Assembly: GCF_001194135.2 (NCBI RefSeq)
Contig: NC_068999.1
Span: forward strand, 22,320,541-22,384,540
DNA from: Octopus bimaculoides
Lineage: Eukaryota
DNA length: 64,000 nt
Direction: 5' to 3'
The notes beneath the pieces were generated by a model that was given only the letters and a program-made list of their open reading frames with translations, ran no database searches and was not told the DNA's origin. Shown piece after piece: positions 14,111 to 27,822 of this stretch. A program made the position numbers and the translations under genes. Position 1 is the first letter of the stretch; each line of letters opens with the position of its first letter.

Positions 14111-15364
14111 AGTCATACCAGTGCATTAACAGTTTTGTTCCAATGCTATACTGTACAACAGAATATATTTAGAGACTTTTAGCCAACAATGTAGTGACTG
14201 ATGTAAACCCTGTCTTTTTATATATTTTTTTGAACAGAAAGAGTAGGATCAGGTGGATGAGTTTCAATCCTATATTTGAATTTCATAAGTGGTTGAATAT
14301 CCTCATTAACTGACCACAGAACCACAACTATTACTAGAGACAGACTGTTATAGAATCCATATTACTAGGAGCAGATTGATTTGCATATATAGCATATTCT
14401 GAGCAGTTGCCCTCTTTAACAGTTCACAGCTATCACTACAGCAAAGAAACAAAACACTACTAATGCACCAGTAATTATAGACAAGGCATTTATATCTGTC
14501 TATACAAAGTGTTGGTTAAAACTCTAAAAATGTACTCTGTGGTACAGTAAAGCAAAGTGTTCTCATTTTGAAGTGTTACTCACATATCTTGGAGAGCTGC
14601 TGCTACGCATACAAGTGCACAAGTTCCCATCCAAAACATCCTCCATCTACCAACATTCTAGAACTAGTAGCATACAAATGAGCCAACAAAATTTTCTACA
14701 TGGTTCTTGACCAGCTAGAAATAGCAGTGAACTCTTTCTCAAATCACATTCAACTGTCTTTAAAAAGGACACACTGAATAATGTAATCCTGGCTTTCCTA
14801 CACATACAGAAATGGTTGGATGGTTGCAGCCAGAATGTCTTTGATCACAGATCCACTTGATCAGAACCAGCCAGGATCTAAACAATCACTAGAAAACTCT
14901 ACAATAGCTTCCTTCTGTTACTGTGAATTAGCAAGTTATTAAATATTCCTGAGACCTTTACTAAATTCACCATGTCAATACCTAAGTTGCATCCTCTGTA
15001 AATTTCTCCCTGCACAGGTTATTTAGTCATTTGTTAGCTCTGACAGCAGATCTGTGGTCAAAGACGTTCCAGCTATGACCATCATGACTTTTTTTACAGA
15101 CAGTATATGTAGAACAACATTATTCATTATGTTCTTCCTTTAAAATGTTAAAGTGAAGACGATTTAGTTTCTATTTCTAGGTTGAGCAATGTTTTCTTTA
15201 TTGGCATCAAGTATAGAAGTTTAAGTCAAACATCAATAATACTGACCTCACTTACCTCCTCATTAGACTAAATAAACACTTGGCAAAATTATTTAAAAAC
15301 CTATATGAAAAGTGCACAGGCCAATGTCTACAAAAGAGATGGCCATGTTGGTAAGTCATGTGTA

Positions 15365-15584
15365 AGATGGCAAGCTGGCAGAACTGTTAAAAAAGCCAGG
15401 AAAAATGCTTAGCAGCATTTCATCTGTCTTTACATTCCGAGTTCAAATTCCATCAAGGTCAACTTTGCCTTTCATCCTTTCAGGGTTGATAAAATAAGTA
15501 CCAACTGAACACTGGGGGTCAATCTAATTGACTAAGCCCCTCCCCCAAAATTGCTGGCCTTGTGCCAAACTTTGAAACTAATAT
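15365..15584 (+). mobile_element. SINE family C (centre resembles the Meta/Sauria-type domain) with 14-bp TSD
   Basis: TSD GTAAGTCATGTGTA at 15351-15364 and 15585-15598. Centre GGTCAACTTTGCCTTTCATCCTTTCAGGGTTGATAAAATAAGTACC. The superfamily name is from memory. Confidence 0.8.
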
Positions 15585-16842
15585 GTAAGTCATGTGTATG
15601 GTGCATGCTTAGTGAAAAATGAATGTTATTACAGTGATAGTAGACTGAGAAAAATTAAGCAAGAAATATTTTAGACTTGAGAACATCAGATTTCACAGAT
15701 CAAATGAAGTATGACCAAGTCAAATGGAGATACATTGAAGTGCAATGATAATGATGAGCACAAAATACTCAGTTGTTTTGTATGGTAAACCATGTTACCA
15801 ACATGCCTTATATTCAATGTTTTAAAAGCCCAAATCATTTAAATAGTTCTTGGTTATATGAAAAATTACAATTGTTTAAGTTATGAGGTACCATTTTACA
15901 ACTTTACAAGATTTAAAGTTTGTTTCCTTGTTTTTGGTACTGAATTAATGTGGCATTAAATTTTGGTGATTCTCTAATAACTCAATGAGCCCAAGTGCTT
16001 TGTTCAATGATACAACCTTCCTGTTTAAAATTATCTAAATTAAAACTTTCCATTAAGATTTCATGTTAATTTATGTTTGGTTCAATTCTTCATTACTTTC
16101 AAAATTAATTGAAACAAAGTAAGTATATTTTAACAAAAATATACAACAATGGAGTAAAGAAATAAATGTCTAAAATACATTAAACTTCTGCCGAAGATCT
16201 GCTTTTTAAATGAAAATTGAAAATAAAAGCTAAGTAAAATTTTCTCTCAAATATTAAAGAAAACCTGTTTTGGGAATACTCTATGAAAAAGTGGTTTAAA
16301 ATATGCTTCAGTTAGCCTTGCAGAGAGAAATGAGTAAATTTTCAAATAATGATATTCATAATAAATTGATATTCTCTATCTAATGTAACCTTTTATTTAA
16401 TTTACTTAATGATTCAAATTCCATAAGTAAATGCTACACTTAAACCCATATTATACTTTTGGAATGTCTGGTTATAGTTTAGGAACTCTAAATTATTGTT
16501 TAGAGTGTCCAAATTAAGGTTCAGTCTTATGAAATAGAAAGCTAGAATTATGGTGTAGAATATGAAGTGTAAAGTAAGAAGGCAATTATCAACTGAAATG
16601 CACATCACACATTGTTCATAGCAAGATATATACGTACCAAATGTAGCTTAGAATGAAAGTCTGAAGAAGACACCAATTATTATGTTTTACTTTTGACTCC
16701 TCACTAGTTTTTAATCCTTCTCTATTCACTGTACAAATTTTTGTATTTGGATAACAGTAACACTATGCTAGATGTAAGAGCAGTACTCCATTATGGATCT
16801 TACCTAAGCTTTGTAGAGTAGTCATTGTTGGTAGCTGAAGTA

Positions 16843-17070
16843 TTGGGTTGTCCGGAAAGTTTGTGCCGATTTATAGTAGGTTACCTTTCGACTTATTTGC
16901 CATGAAACCACCTCAATTCTGGGAAGAAGGTATTTTCAAGTTAAAGGGAAGATGGAGACACGTTGTGCAACAAAATGGTTTATATTTGGTTGATTAAAAA
17001 TGTAATGGCAACTATTTATTGACCTTTTACTTTCCTTTAAAAATCGGCACAAACTTTCCAGACAACCCAA
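16843..17070 (+). mobile_element. 228-bp internally deleted mariner (Tc1/mariner) element
   Basis: 30-bp TIRs TTGGGTTGTCCGGAAAGTTTGTGCCGATTT (1 mismatch) and TA TSDs at 16841-16842 and 17071-17072. Retains the transposase C-terminus KPPQFWEEGIFKLKGRWRHVVQQNGLYLVD*. Confidence 0.92.
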
Positions 17071-17131
17071 TATTTTCTGGTTTTGAAGAGGAAAGCCAGA
17101 CTTTGTGATAGTGTTTGCTATGATGAGTATC

Positions 17132-17601
17132 TACATTTATCAGGAGAAATCTTCAGTGATGACAATATCTCTCATTTGTAGTAAGTCTGAGGGTTCTAGT
17201 TGCATGCAGTTTTTATGTGGAATAATGTTTTCTTGATATGTCCAGTGATTGTCTTCATGTGCTATTGAAGAAACAATATTAGTATGGCTCAGTTGAAGAA
17301 TGTTTTTGAGATCTCTATTCACAGAGTCAGCCAGATCTGGTCCAAGATGTCTGGGTCACACATGGATGGTGCTTGGGTGCAGAAAGTTAACGAAAATGAT
17401 GGCTGACTCTGTGAATAGAGATCTCAAAAACATTCTCCAACTGAGCCATACTAATATTGTTTCTTCAATAGCACATGAAGACAATCACTGGACATATCAA
17501 GAAAACATTATTCCATATAAAAACTGCATGCAACTAGAACCCTCAGACTTACTACAAATGAGAGATATTGTCATTACTGAAGATTTCTCCTGATAAATGT
17601 A
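17132..17601. repeat. Long inverted repeat: 202-bp arms (17132-17333, 17400-17601), 66-bp spacer, 3 mismatches
   Basis: Direct base comparison; the ORF track shows the same peptide on both strands (NRDLKNILQLSHTNIVSS...EDFS). Confidence 0.95.
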
Positions 17602-18595
17602 AAGTATTGTAGGAAGAGATATTGTCACTGTATAGGAAGAGTGTAACAAAACCAATAGAATATGTGTAAGAGAAAGCTCCATTAGCACATAACAAAATGA
17701 CATAGACTGATAGCTACCAACCCAAATGATTTCACTAAAGAAAAAATATATCATACTGAAGGGAAGGGCAGAATAAGACAGAGACAATTCTACAAGTAGT
17801 TTTGATTATACAAAAATTATAAAAAAATTAAGGGGTCAAATGTAATTTGCAATTGATTTCAAGAAATAAAAGCAGAAATTATTTCTCTAAAATACTGCAT
17901 TAAAACATCGCACACACACAGTACTCTTTGGCCCCACAAAGAGAAGTCCAAATTTTGGAACATGTCTTGCATTATGTTCTTATATATTTCAAAATAAATT
18001 CATAAACATGTGAAAATAAAAGATACCAAGAAAAATTAAATGAACTTTTAGTTTTGTTTGTTCTTAAGTAGTGAAGCATACGCAATGTGCATTAAGATCA
18101 GGGTACTATAGTATCATTATATTGATCTTGAACCATTTTCCAGTGCTCAAACAAGCATAATATTTTAGGCGAATCTAATTCTGTAAATTAATTGATGGTC
18201 TGTCTCTGAAACACTGAGTCTGACTTGAAAATTAGTGGAAAGAGAAAAAGAAATGACAAAAAGTCATACTACAATATTATCAAACGTGGACCTTCTATTG
18301 TAAAAAAAAGACATCTTTTTTTTTATTTTTGAAGTAGCTATACTATTTGTTGCTTCACCTTCTATATACATTGAAACATGTATACATATATATTTTCATA
18401 AACATATTTAAACATACACATGTATATACATATGATAGTATACACACATGCACACACTTTCACATACATAAGAAAATATATATGTAATAGGTGCAGGAGT
18501 GCCTGTGTGGTAAGTAGTTTGCTTCCCAACCACATGGTTCCGAGTTCAGTCCCACTGTGAGTGGATCTGGTAGATGGAGACTGAAAGAAGCCCAT

Positions 18596-18652
<57 letters not shown>

Positions 18653-18754
18653 TGGAAGGACATCGGGCCACAGAAAATCTGCCTTAACAAATTCCATCTC
18701 TGATCTATGTGGGCATAGAACAGTAGATGTTAAATGATGATAACAATGATGATG

Positions 18755-18794
<40 letters not shown>

Positions 18795-21700
18795 TACATG
18801 TGTTTAGCTTTATGTCTTGACATATATTGCAAACATATGTATATGAGTGTTTTTCTCATATCTGTATCTCAAACACTTGTAGTTTTTGTTTGGAATAATA
18901 AAGTTTCTAAATTCAGTTCTTATCAGTATTTGCAGACTATTTCAGCCTTGTCTTCAGGATATGGAGTGGTGTGGGTTTCTGTTCTGTCCCTTTTTGTCAT
19001 AAGTGGATTTTGTTATGCATACTTTACTGCCAGAATTTATCCATGAAGAGTTCCCTGCCATCAGATGTGTATTGTGGTCTTTAATAATGTACATCTCTGG
19101 TGGCATGCTTATTTTGTCTGTGACTTGTGGGTGTCCTCCAATATATTCAAGACTGTATGGAATCAGTTTCAAATGCAACTAAATGTAAGCTTGAAATTTA
19201 CAGAAAAACAAAAAACGAAGACAGGTGTGTAAACAACAAGCAGGTGTATTAGTTTGAAACTCGGGAAGGTGAGAAAGTCTTTTAAGTTTTGAGCCTATGC
19301 TCTACAACAGAAGGGAACACGAGGAAATAAACAGAGAGAGAATAAAAAATTTGTCGATTTAGTGGTCAATCATGGCGACTACTGAGATCTGGAAATACCA
19401 TCAAGTGAAGATGATGGGGTCTAACTTGAATGAAGTTGTTAAAGTATCAAATTTCCATTTTGCCAAAATTTATTTTATAATGTATGTACATGACTGAAAG
19501 CATGATTCAATACAGCAATGAGTAATAAGTGCTATGAGGGAAAAATTCATGGTTCATGAAAGTTCATCAAGTTGGGAAGAGATGGGAGGAGCAAACAAAA
19601 AAAGCCCATGAGTAATCTACTTCAAAAGTTTTTAAGAAGCTAAATGCAAAGAAAATACCATTGAAATATTTTCTCACACATTAACACGAAACTGTACTTC
19701 AAACTCTTCATCTATACAAGATGTGAAAGAAAAAATATAAGAAGTAGATCCTTAATGAGAGAAAGACAATCACTATAAGAAGCCATCTACAATTTCAATG
19801 TTGTTGTTAAGTGAAGGTATTGACTTTTTGTGTCATTTAACTTTAATGAACTCTACTACACATGGAAAAATAAAACTCATTACTGCCAAGGCACTTAACA
19901 GTAGGTAGCAACTTCGACAACTATTCCATATAGTGACTCCTTAGCCAAATATTAACTAATTATCATTGTAAAGAGTTAAACTAATTTGTGCAACCTCAAT
20001 ATTTGCAATTGGTTAATTAACATTCAGAAAAAATTTTATTTGTAAATTAATGTTAAAAGTAACCATTAACGCCAATAAAATTTTTTAATTCAGGTTTTAA
20101 CATCTTTACCAGGTTCAGCATGTTTATTTCACTCTCCCTTCTATTACCAAAAGCTGTCAGTATATTGGAAATTATTCCAGTTTCAAAGCATTAAGAGGCT
20201 TAAGAGCATCTCTGCACTAGAACAGCATTTGATTTGTCACGAGTGTTTGTAGTCAGCACTACCATCTCACTGATCTTGATTTTTACAGTGGGTATTCCTT
20301 GCATAACCTATTAATCCATAGCTATCATTTTAAGTATTTTGCTCAATGATATAGCCAAGTCCTGGTGATAGGATGTAAACCATTGACCCTTTGGCCAGTA
20401 GGGCAACCAACTTGACCAATCAGAATTTTTATCACATTCAAATACTTTACTGAAATCAAAATAGACTTCAGTTATTAATGTATATGAAATCATAGGACAA
20501 ATTAACAAAATTATCATCTAGGTATCATACTTAATGTAAATACATCCTTGAAGTGCAATTTGCTGCTGTATTTGTCCAGAGTTAACATCTTCTATGGACA
20601 TGCTGTGTTTAAAAGCACAATAAATATTGGAGGGAAAAGAAAATCATCCAGTACTGACTTACAAGAATGCCAAATGCATTTTGACCTAGTTTGCCCTTGT
20701 CATAGGCATGTACTCATACATCATTTAATGCTGCTTCTATTGCATCATCATCATAGTTTAACGTCTGTCTTCCATGCTGGCATGAGTTGGACGGTTTGAC
20801 TGGGGTCTGGCAGCATATAATGAATTTTTATTCAGCCAGGTAGCTATTTTCAATACCACTGAAGGTAACAAGATTTTGTCTAAGCATATGGTTGGCTGTG
20901 AGTACATGTCATTAAGAAGGGCCATTGATGCATTTCAGCATCTGACAGCCTTGCTAGCCACTACTAGCATGATTTCCATCATCTTCTGATATATATTGTG
21001 TTTTTAAACACAGCACATTCATAAAAGATGTTATCTTAGGATGAATACCACAGTAAATTGCCTTTCAACAATGTATTTACATCAAGTATCATACAAAGAT
21101 GGTTACTTTAATCTAATACTGCTTCCATTGCATATAACAGACAAATTAGCAATCTTAACTGTTTCATTTTCATCATTGATTTAAAACAATGAACCCCGAC
21201 CTTTTCATTATCAAGGACTTCTTTATTTACATCAATGTGCACCCAGAACTAACATAGGCAATCAAAAAGTCTGCCATCAGTCATTTTAATGTCTTCTTTA
21301 CCATGCTAACATGGGTAATATAAAGTTTATTAAGGCAGATTTTCAACTGGTGGATGACCTTCCTATCACCACCTTCCACTTGTTTCCAAGCAAAGTAATA
21401 TTTCTCCATTGCTAGACATGTTTTTGCAGAATATTGGAAATGAATGACATTGTTTATGTGACAATGTCACTCATTTACAACTGTCATGTCATGTCAAGAC
21501 AAGGGAGACACAAAACACACACATATTACACACACATGATGGACTTCTATCAGTTCCCATTTGTCAAACCCACTCACAAGGCTTTGGTCAGTCTGGGACT
21601 ATAGCAGAAGACACTTGCCCAAGGTGCCAGTGGAACTGAACCTGAAACCATGTAGTTATCAAGGAAACTTTTCAGAGTCACACCTGTGCTGAATCAACAA

Positions 21701-23257
21701 ATTTTGAATTCAGCTCACAAACCCTCAGTACTTCCTTTGAGGTCCCTTAGGGGCCTGCAGATCCCAGGTTGGAAACTACAGGTTTAGCGTAAGTTTCTTA
21801 CATGAAATATGAGTTTAACTATTTCAATCTTTAGTTGAGATATGTTAAAATTTAAGGAATAGTTATGATACTCTTTTCTACACAGAGCATTTTTCATGGA
21901 ACAATACATCTCATATAATCATGGGTTACATACTAACAGTTCTATGTGTACATGTTTGTCATTTAAAACCTACAGCTGTAAAACAGGTATAGTACATTCA
22001 AGAGAAAATGTTTGATATTATGAAGAGCTGAATGCAAAGAAATGTGAAGCAGACAATGCTCCCACAAATGTGACAGCTTCCTTCATAATACACAATTCAC
22101 TTTGGAAAAGATGCAAACGATAAAAAAGCAACAGGGCACCTTCTTGGTGATAACGTTGCAACTAGAATCGAGTTTGGCATGTAAGTCTAACTGTAAATGG
22201 AATGGAATTGTCAATAGCACGAAAGCTAGCATTTTCTATGTCGAGCTTAATATTTTTGAATGCAGTAATATTTTCTTGAAGAATAGGTAAATTGAAGCAT
22301 TTCATTAAAATATTTTATCAGAAAAATATGCCACCCATTTGCTTAATAAACAAGCTACCCAGAAGTAGGAACTTTAAGGCATTTAAGAAGAAGCAATCTT
22401 TCAGAATCAGGTGTTATTTTGTTGTTGTAGATGCAATACCCAAAGAAAATTGATAATTGAGTTATATATTTTTCTTTTCTTGTGTTTTACCAGCAAGAAC
22501 TTGTGACATCTTTCACAAGTAATAGAAATGCCTGTGGGTTTCTGTCATGATCTTACATGGAGTTAGTGCATACAATAATGCCATCTAAATACAAATAGGC
22601 AGATGTTTCTGCAACATAACTGAGTTCATTACACATTGAAAACCTGCCAGTGTACATGAAGCCAAATGGAAATCTTATATATATATTAATACAAAAGTCC
22701 CAAGGCTTGAAAAATAGTTGAAGTTTGGTCTTTAATCACCAGTTGTAGTTCATTACAGGCAGGTTTCATATCAATTTTGATAAAATATAGAGGCTGCAAC
22801 ACAGTATACATTTAGTAAAAAATGACCGGCACTAGAAAAGCATCAAGATGTGTGTGAATGTTAATAATGGCTGAGAAATCAATAACAAAGTGTCATTTGT
22901 GATTTTGGTATTCAGAAAGGATATCCAGCCAGAAAAATACTGTCTCAAAAATGAAACAATAACGAATACAACTAAGACCGTCAAGGGGCCTGCAAGGTTA
23001 ACCACTACTTCAGCAATAAAAGATGCCCTTTAAAATGTTTAATGAAGAAATGTGTGTGTGTGTAGGGGGGGCGTTAGAATTGTAAATGTGACAATGTGTA
23101 CTCAATACATGTAGTAGAATTTATTTGTTTGATGAAAGTTGATGAGTCATTCCCACACAACTTAGAGTTTCACACAATGTTTTATTTCGCCAGAATGAAT
23201 ACCTTTCATAGAAACTAGTAGCCTGGGAGTGAATCACCAACTTCATACAAATATATA

Positions 23258-23292
<35 letters not shown>

Positions 23293-23746
23293 CATCATCA
23301 TCATCATCATCATTAAATGTCTGCCTTCCATCCTAGCATGGGCAGGACATTATATATGTAAACACACACACAAACAAACATAATTGTATGAAGTCAATGA
23401 TACACACACACACACACACACACACATTATGTGCATAAGCATGGTTGTGTGGTAAAAAGAACTTGCTTCTCCACAATGTTATCTCAAGTTAGTACCACCA
23501 AATGGTACCTTGGTCAAGTGTCTTCTGCTACAGCTCCAAGCCAACCAAATCCTTATGAGTGGATTTGAAAGTTGGAAACTCAAAGAAGCCCGTCATGTAG
23601 ATAGATGGCGTGTGTGCCCTAGTCTTGACATCATGTGATGGTTGTAAATGAGCATTAATGTCCTACAATGTTCATCATTTCCAATCTTTTGCGGTAAAGC
23701 ATATCTGGCTATGGGAAATATTACATTGCCTGGAAACAGGTTAGGG

Positions 23747-23932
23747 CAGTGCTCCACAACCTTTTTCAATTTGTGGTACACTTACATTCTTTTCAAAATT
23801 CGGCAGCACACCTGAACTAAAAATATAACTAGAAGTATAAGGAAAAAAATTATATTCAAATTACACTGAGGCACACCTAACATCAACACATGGAACACTA
23901 GTGTGCCACGGCATATTGATTGCGGAGCACTG
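23747..23932. mobile_element. hAT (Charlie-like) MITE
   Basis: TIRs CAGTGCTCCACAA / TTGCGGAGCACTG (12/13). The 8-bp flanks GGTTAGGG / GACTAGAG differ only by transitions and resemble the NNCTAGNN target preference. Confidence 0.65.
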
Positions 23933-24174
23933 GACTAGAGTTGACAACAGGAATGTAGAAAATTTTGTCTGACCTTAAATGATGATAGATTTATGAATGT
24001 CTTTCTGTGCGAATGTGTATGTGTACATACATTATGTGTATGTGTATGAACATACATTATGTGTGTGTGTGAGAATATATATGTTTCTATGTATATGTAA
24101 ATATTTATGTATGTATATATACATGTATGCGTGTGTGTGTGTATATGTATGTGATATATTTGTGTGTAAATAAA

Positions 24175-24238
<64 letters not shown>

Positions 24239-25135
24239 ATATAAGCATATGTGTATAAATATGTATATACATATTTGTAAGTATTTGTGTGCATGCATGT
24301 GTGTATATATATATATGTGTGTGGATGTGTGTGTGTGTGTAACTATATACACACATAACATATTTTGGTATGTGCTGAAAGTATTCTATTATACACTTGG
24401 GCATTTCAATTTATTATACACTGACACATTTGAACTCCTCTTTGTTGTTAACCACAATGTTTCAACCCTTTTATCATTCTCCGGTGCTTCCTCAGATGAC
24501 TGTTATGTTGCATAATGTATTGTTCTTGGGATTTCAAGTCAGTAGAATGAGATGGTGAGCATAAGCAATGATTGCATATTAAGTGTTGTAGTTTTCCTGA
24601 TGGGAATGAATTCAATCTCTGAGTTAGTCCAATCTATGTACACTTTCATTCAAATGGAATGAGCAAGCAGTATCACAAGAAAGACAATAATTAATACAAA
24701 TAATTGATATATATAACAAAAAGGCCTGGTGGGAACCCTAACCTTCTGAATTCTTTTACAGGGCTTAGGAAAACTGAAGGATTGCTGCAATAAGTGTGTG
24801 AATCTGAGAGGAGAATATGTTGAATAAAATCATAACTGATTCTCCTACATTTTCTTTTACCCAAAGCCAGGAACTTTACAGCACCTTATGTGTGAATATA
24901 TATACATATACATGGCAGTTGTCTACTCCTTATGCAGAGTCTCACCACCTCCTGTACCTACATCTTAGATCCATCATGGCCTCTGATACGGCTTTTCAAA
25001 CCAATGTTTTGAAAAGACTCCCACATAGATTGCATATGGGCAAACAATTTATTGTAAATTATCATTGTTCCTGAACATTGTCTTCTATATATGCAAATAT
25101 TGGAAAGTAGACGTTAAACGACGATGACAACAATA

Positions 25136-25189
<54 letters not shown>

Positions 25190-26593
25190 AACACAAATAT
25201 TGAACAGTGAGCATAACTGTACAAGACTACATTGGATAAATATTCTTTATTTATGGGTTAACAAGGCTACCATTGGTTTCATGCAATGGGAAATTTCTCT
25301 TGACATGAACCAACAAATTTTTAACAAAAGTAGGTTAGATAAACAGGATGTATGACTTATAATTGTATAGCCTTCCAAGGAACAAATAACTATTTCTCTG
25401 TAATTGATCTAATGTATCACAAATAAGATACTTTGTTCAGTTGAGAACACAGATACATTATAAAGCCTGTTGAAAATTCACTAACCTTGTACATTCACCA
25501 CTTAAAAATATTTAGATAAGTCATTCTCAAATAATAGACTTGGCAACATTTCTTGAGTGAAAGAAATGTGTAAATACTCAACTTCAGCATTAAAAACAAA
25601 GCTGGGATATAATATGCAAATATATATTTAAAGCAATTTTGTGGCCATACATGTAACAAGAAATGCTGTTTCATGTTTTAATTATTGAAATGATCAAGAA
25701 TCATGAGAGAGTTAGTGAAATAACTAACTTTCAACTTAATAAAAGAGTAATATATACCAACTGAAATTTATCATTATCTAACACAACTATGAAATTTAAC
25801 ATTATCTAACATAACTATGAAATTTCGAAAATTTGAACACTTTAATACAGATGGTTTATTGGTATTAAAAGGGTTAAAATTAACTAGATGAATCTAATAA
25901 AAGATAAAGAAAGAAATTCAGAAATTAAGATAGATTGATGAAAGTACCAAATAGTACAACAGTGGAAAAATGAGCTGAAAGTCATTATTTAATCAGGCTC
26001 TAAGGCTAATTAAATAATGACTGAAACATAATTAAACAAAATAAGCAGCCATCATGTCTTTCTCAAAAGAACTGGTTCCATAAGTAAAGCTGTTCAGCCA
26101 AAAATCAAAAGTAGCTCATGAATTCCATTTACTGAGAATACTTGATCACATAAAATGTTAAAATAATGATTTCTTAATTAAGTATACACTTTTGTAAGAT
26201 AGAAATAGTAAAGAATCTTGCTAAACATTACAATTGAATGTGCACACTTAGGCAATAATTACTCCCTTCTGAAGGGCAAAAATAATTAGTTCTCTTGATA
26301 AAGCAAATGTAACAGGGTGCAGCCAACTTAATTAAACCTAATATAAAACTGATATGTTAATTGTTAATCTTGCAAAGATGGAAAATGAGGGCAACATCAG
26401 CAGGATTCTAATAGTAAAGCTTTGCCTCAAATATTTAGAAAGCCAGTACTCTAGCTTTTATGTCAACCCACGCAATATCAAATTGTTAAGAATAACTATA
26501 ATACTACAATAATAGTGTGATATATAGAATCAAATAACAGTAACAGTAATATTGTCCTGAGGCAGAAAAGTTTTTTGAAAAAGTTAATATATA

Positions 26594-26647
<54 letters not shown>

Positions 26648-26669
26648 TATATATATTATATTATACTAT

Positions 26670-26901
26670 AGGTGTAGGAATGGCTGTGGTAGAAGCTTGC
26701 TTCCCAACCATATGGTTCCAGGTTCAGTCCTACTGTGTGACACATTGGGCAAGTGTCTTCTACTATAGCCTTGGGCTGACTAAAGCCTTATGAGTGGATT
26801 TGGTAGATGGAAACTGAAAGAAGCCNNNNNNNNNNNNNNNNNNNNNNNNNNNNNNNNNNNNNNNNNNNNNNNNNNNNNNNNNNNNNNNNNNNNNNNNNNN
26901 N

Positions 26902-26934
<33 letters not shown>

Positions 26935-27157
26935 GTATATATATGTATGTGTTTGTTGTTCATGGCTGTGTTTGTCACCCCACCATCACTTGACAACCGA
27001 TGATGGTATGTTTACGTCCCTGTCACTTAGCAGTTCGGCAAAACAGATAAAAAAAATAAGTACTAGGCTTACAAAGAATAAGTCCTGGGGTCGATTTATT
27101 TGACTAAAAGTGGTGCTCCAGCATGACTGCAGTCAAATGACTGAAACAAGTAAAAGA
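26670..27157 (+). mobile_element. tRNA-derived SINE family B (CORE-like centre), interrupted by a gap and (TA)n
   Basis: Pol III A-box-like TGGCTGTGGTAG, B-box-like GGTTCAGTCC, and TTGGGCAAGTG resembling the CORE-SINE domain. Related copies near 1240, 18490, 21540 (-), 23440, 32730 (-), 34720 (-), 56125 and 58245 (-). Confidence 0.7.
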
Positions 27158-27158
27158 A

Positions 27159-27200
<42 letters not shown>

Positions 27201-27622
27201 AATCAGTCTACTTCACTACAATAAACAACTAATTTTTATTGCAAAGCAAAATCTTTATATTTGAGGGAACCTTTACTTGATTGCTTAACTTGCAGCAAAT
27301 AGCAACCACGTCACCCTCAAATCACACCCCTACTATTTTCAAATCAGAAAGAACACAATGGACAATGTTCAAGTCATTAGCATACAAAAAGAACCAGAGG
27401 TTTTGCTGGATCATGGCTAATAGAGAAGCTTCTTTAAGTTCACCCAACTTGCTAGAAACAGTACCTCAAATCACGTTCTTAGTGTCTTAAATGAAGGAAG
27501 AACACACTGTATAATATAGTAGTCCATTATGTTAAAAAAAGATGGGATGGCCATGATTGAAACGTTGACTTGATCAGAGTTGACACTTGGTGCTAAACAA
27601 CAACAAATTTTACTAATCCTGA

Positions 27623-27822
27623 AGGTGGCAAACTAGTAGAATCATTAGCACAGTAAGCAAAATGCTTAGCGGCATTTCATCCGTCTTTACTTTCTGAGTT
27701 TAAATTCTGCTGAGATTGACTTTATGTTTTATCCTCTTGAAGTTGATAAAATAAGTACCAGTTAAAAACTGTAGTCAATGTTTCTCCCTGAAACTTCTGG
27801 CTTTGCACCAAAATTTGAAACC
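27623..27822 (+). mobile_element. SINE family C copy with 17-bp TSD
   Basis: TSD AATTTTACTAATCCTGA at 27606-27622 and 27823-27839; same body as 15365-15584. Confidence 0.8.

Noticed and set aside
17334-17399. Hammerhead in the spacer of the 202-bp inverted repeat
   Set aside because: A CGAAA is present, but there is no compatible 3-9 core or NUH triplet on either strand.
19275-19315. Minus-strand CTGTTGTAGAGCATAGGCTCAAAAC, a possible decayed hammerhead in a PLE-like end
   Set aside because: Several core positions are wrong and helix I is not identifiable.
22100-22350. Possible hAT transposase remnant on the minus strand
   Set aside because: The resemblance is too weak and interrupted to support without a profile search.
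25735-25763. Candidate Src exon 2 starts (CAG-T-TGG-TAT here; also near 15505 and 16912)
   Set aside because: They reach stops within a few codons or lie inside SINE or mariner sequence; none is SH2-like.
26670-26740. tRNA-like A/B boxes at SINE heads
   Set aside because: No cloverleaf forms, and they continue into SINE bodies.
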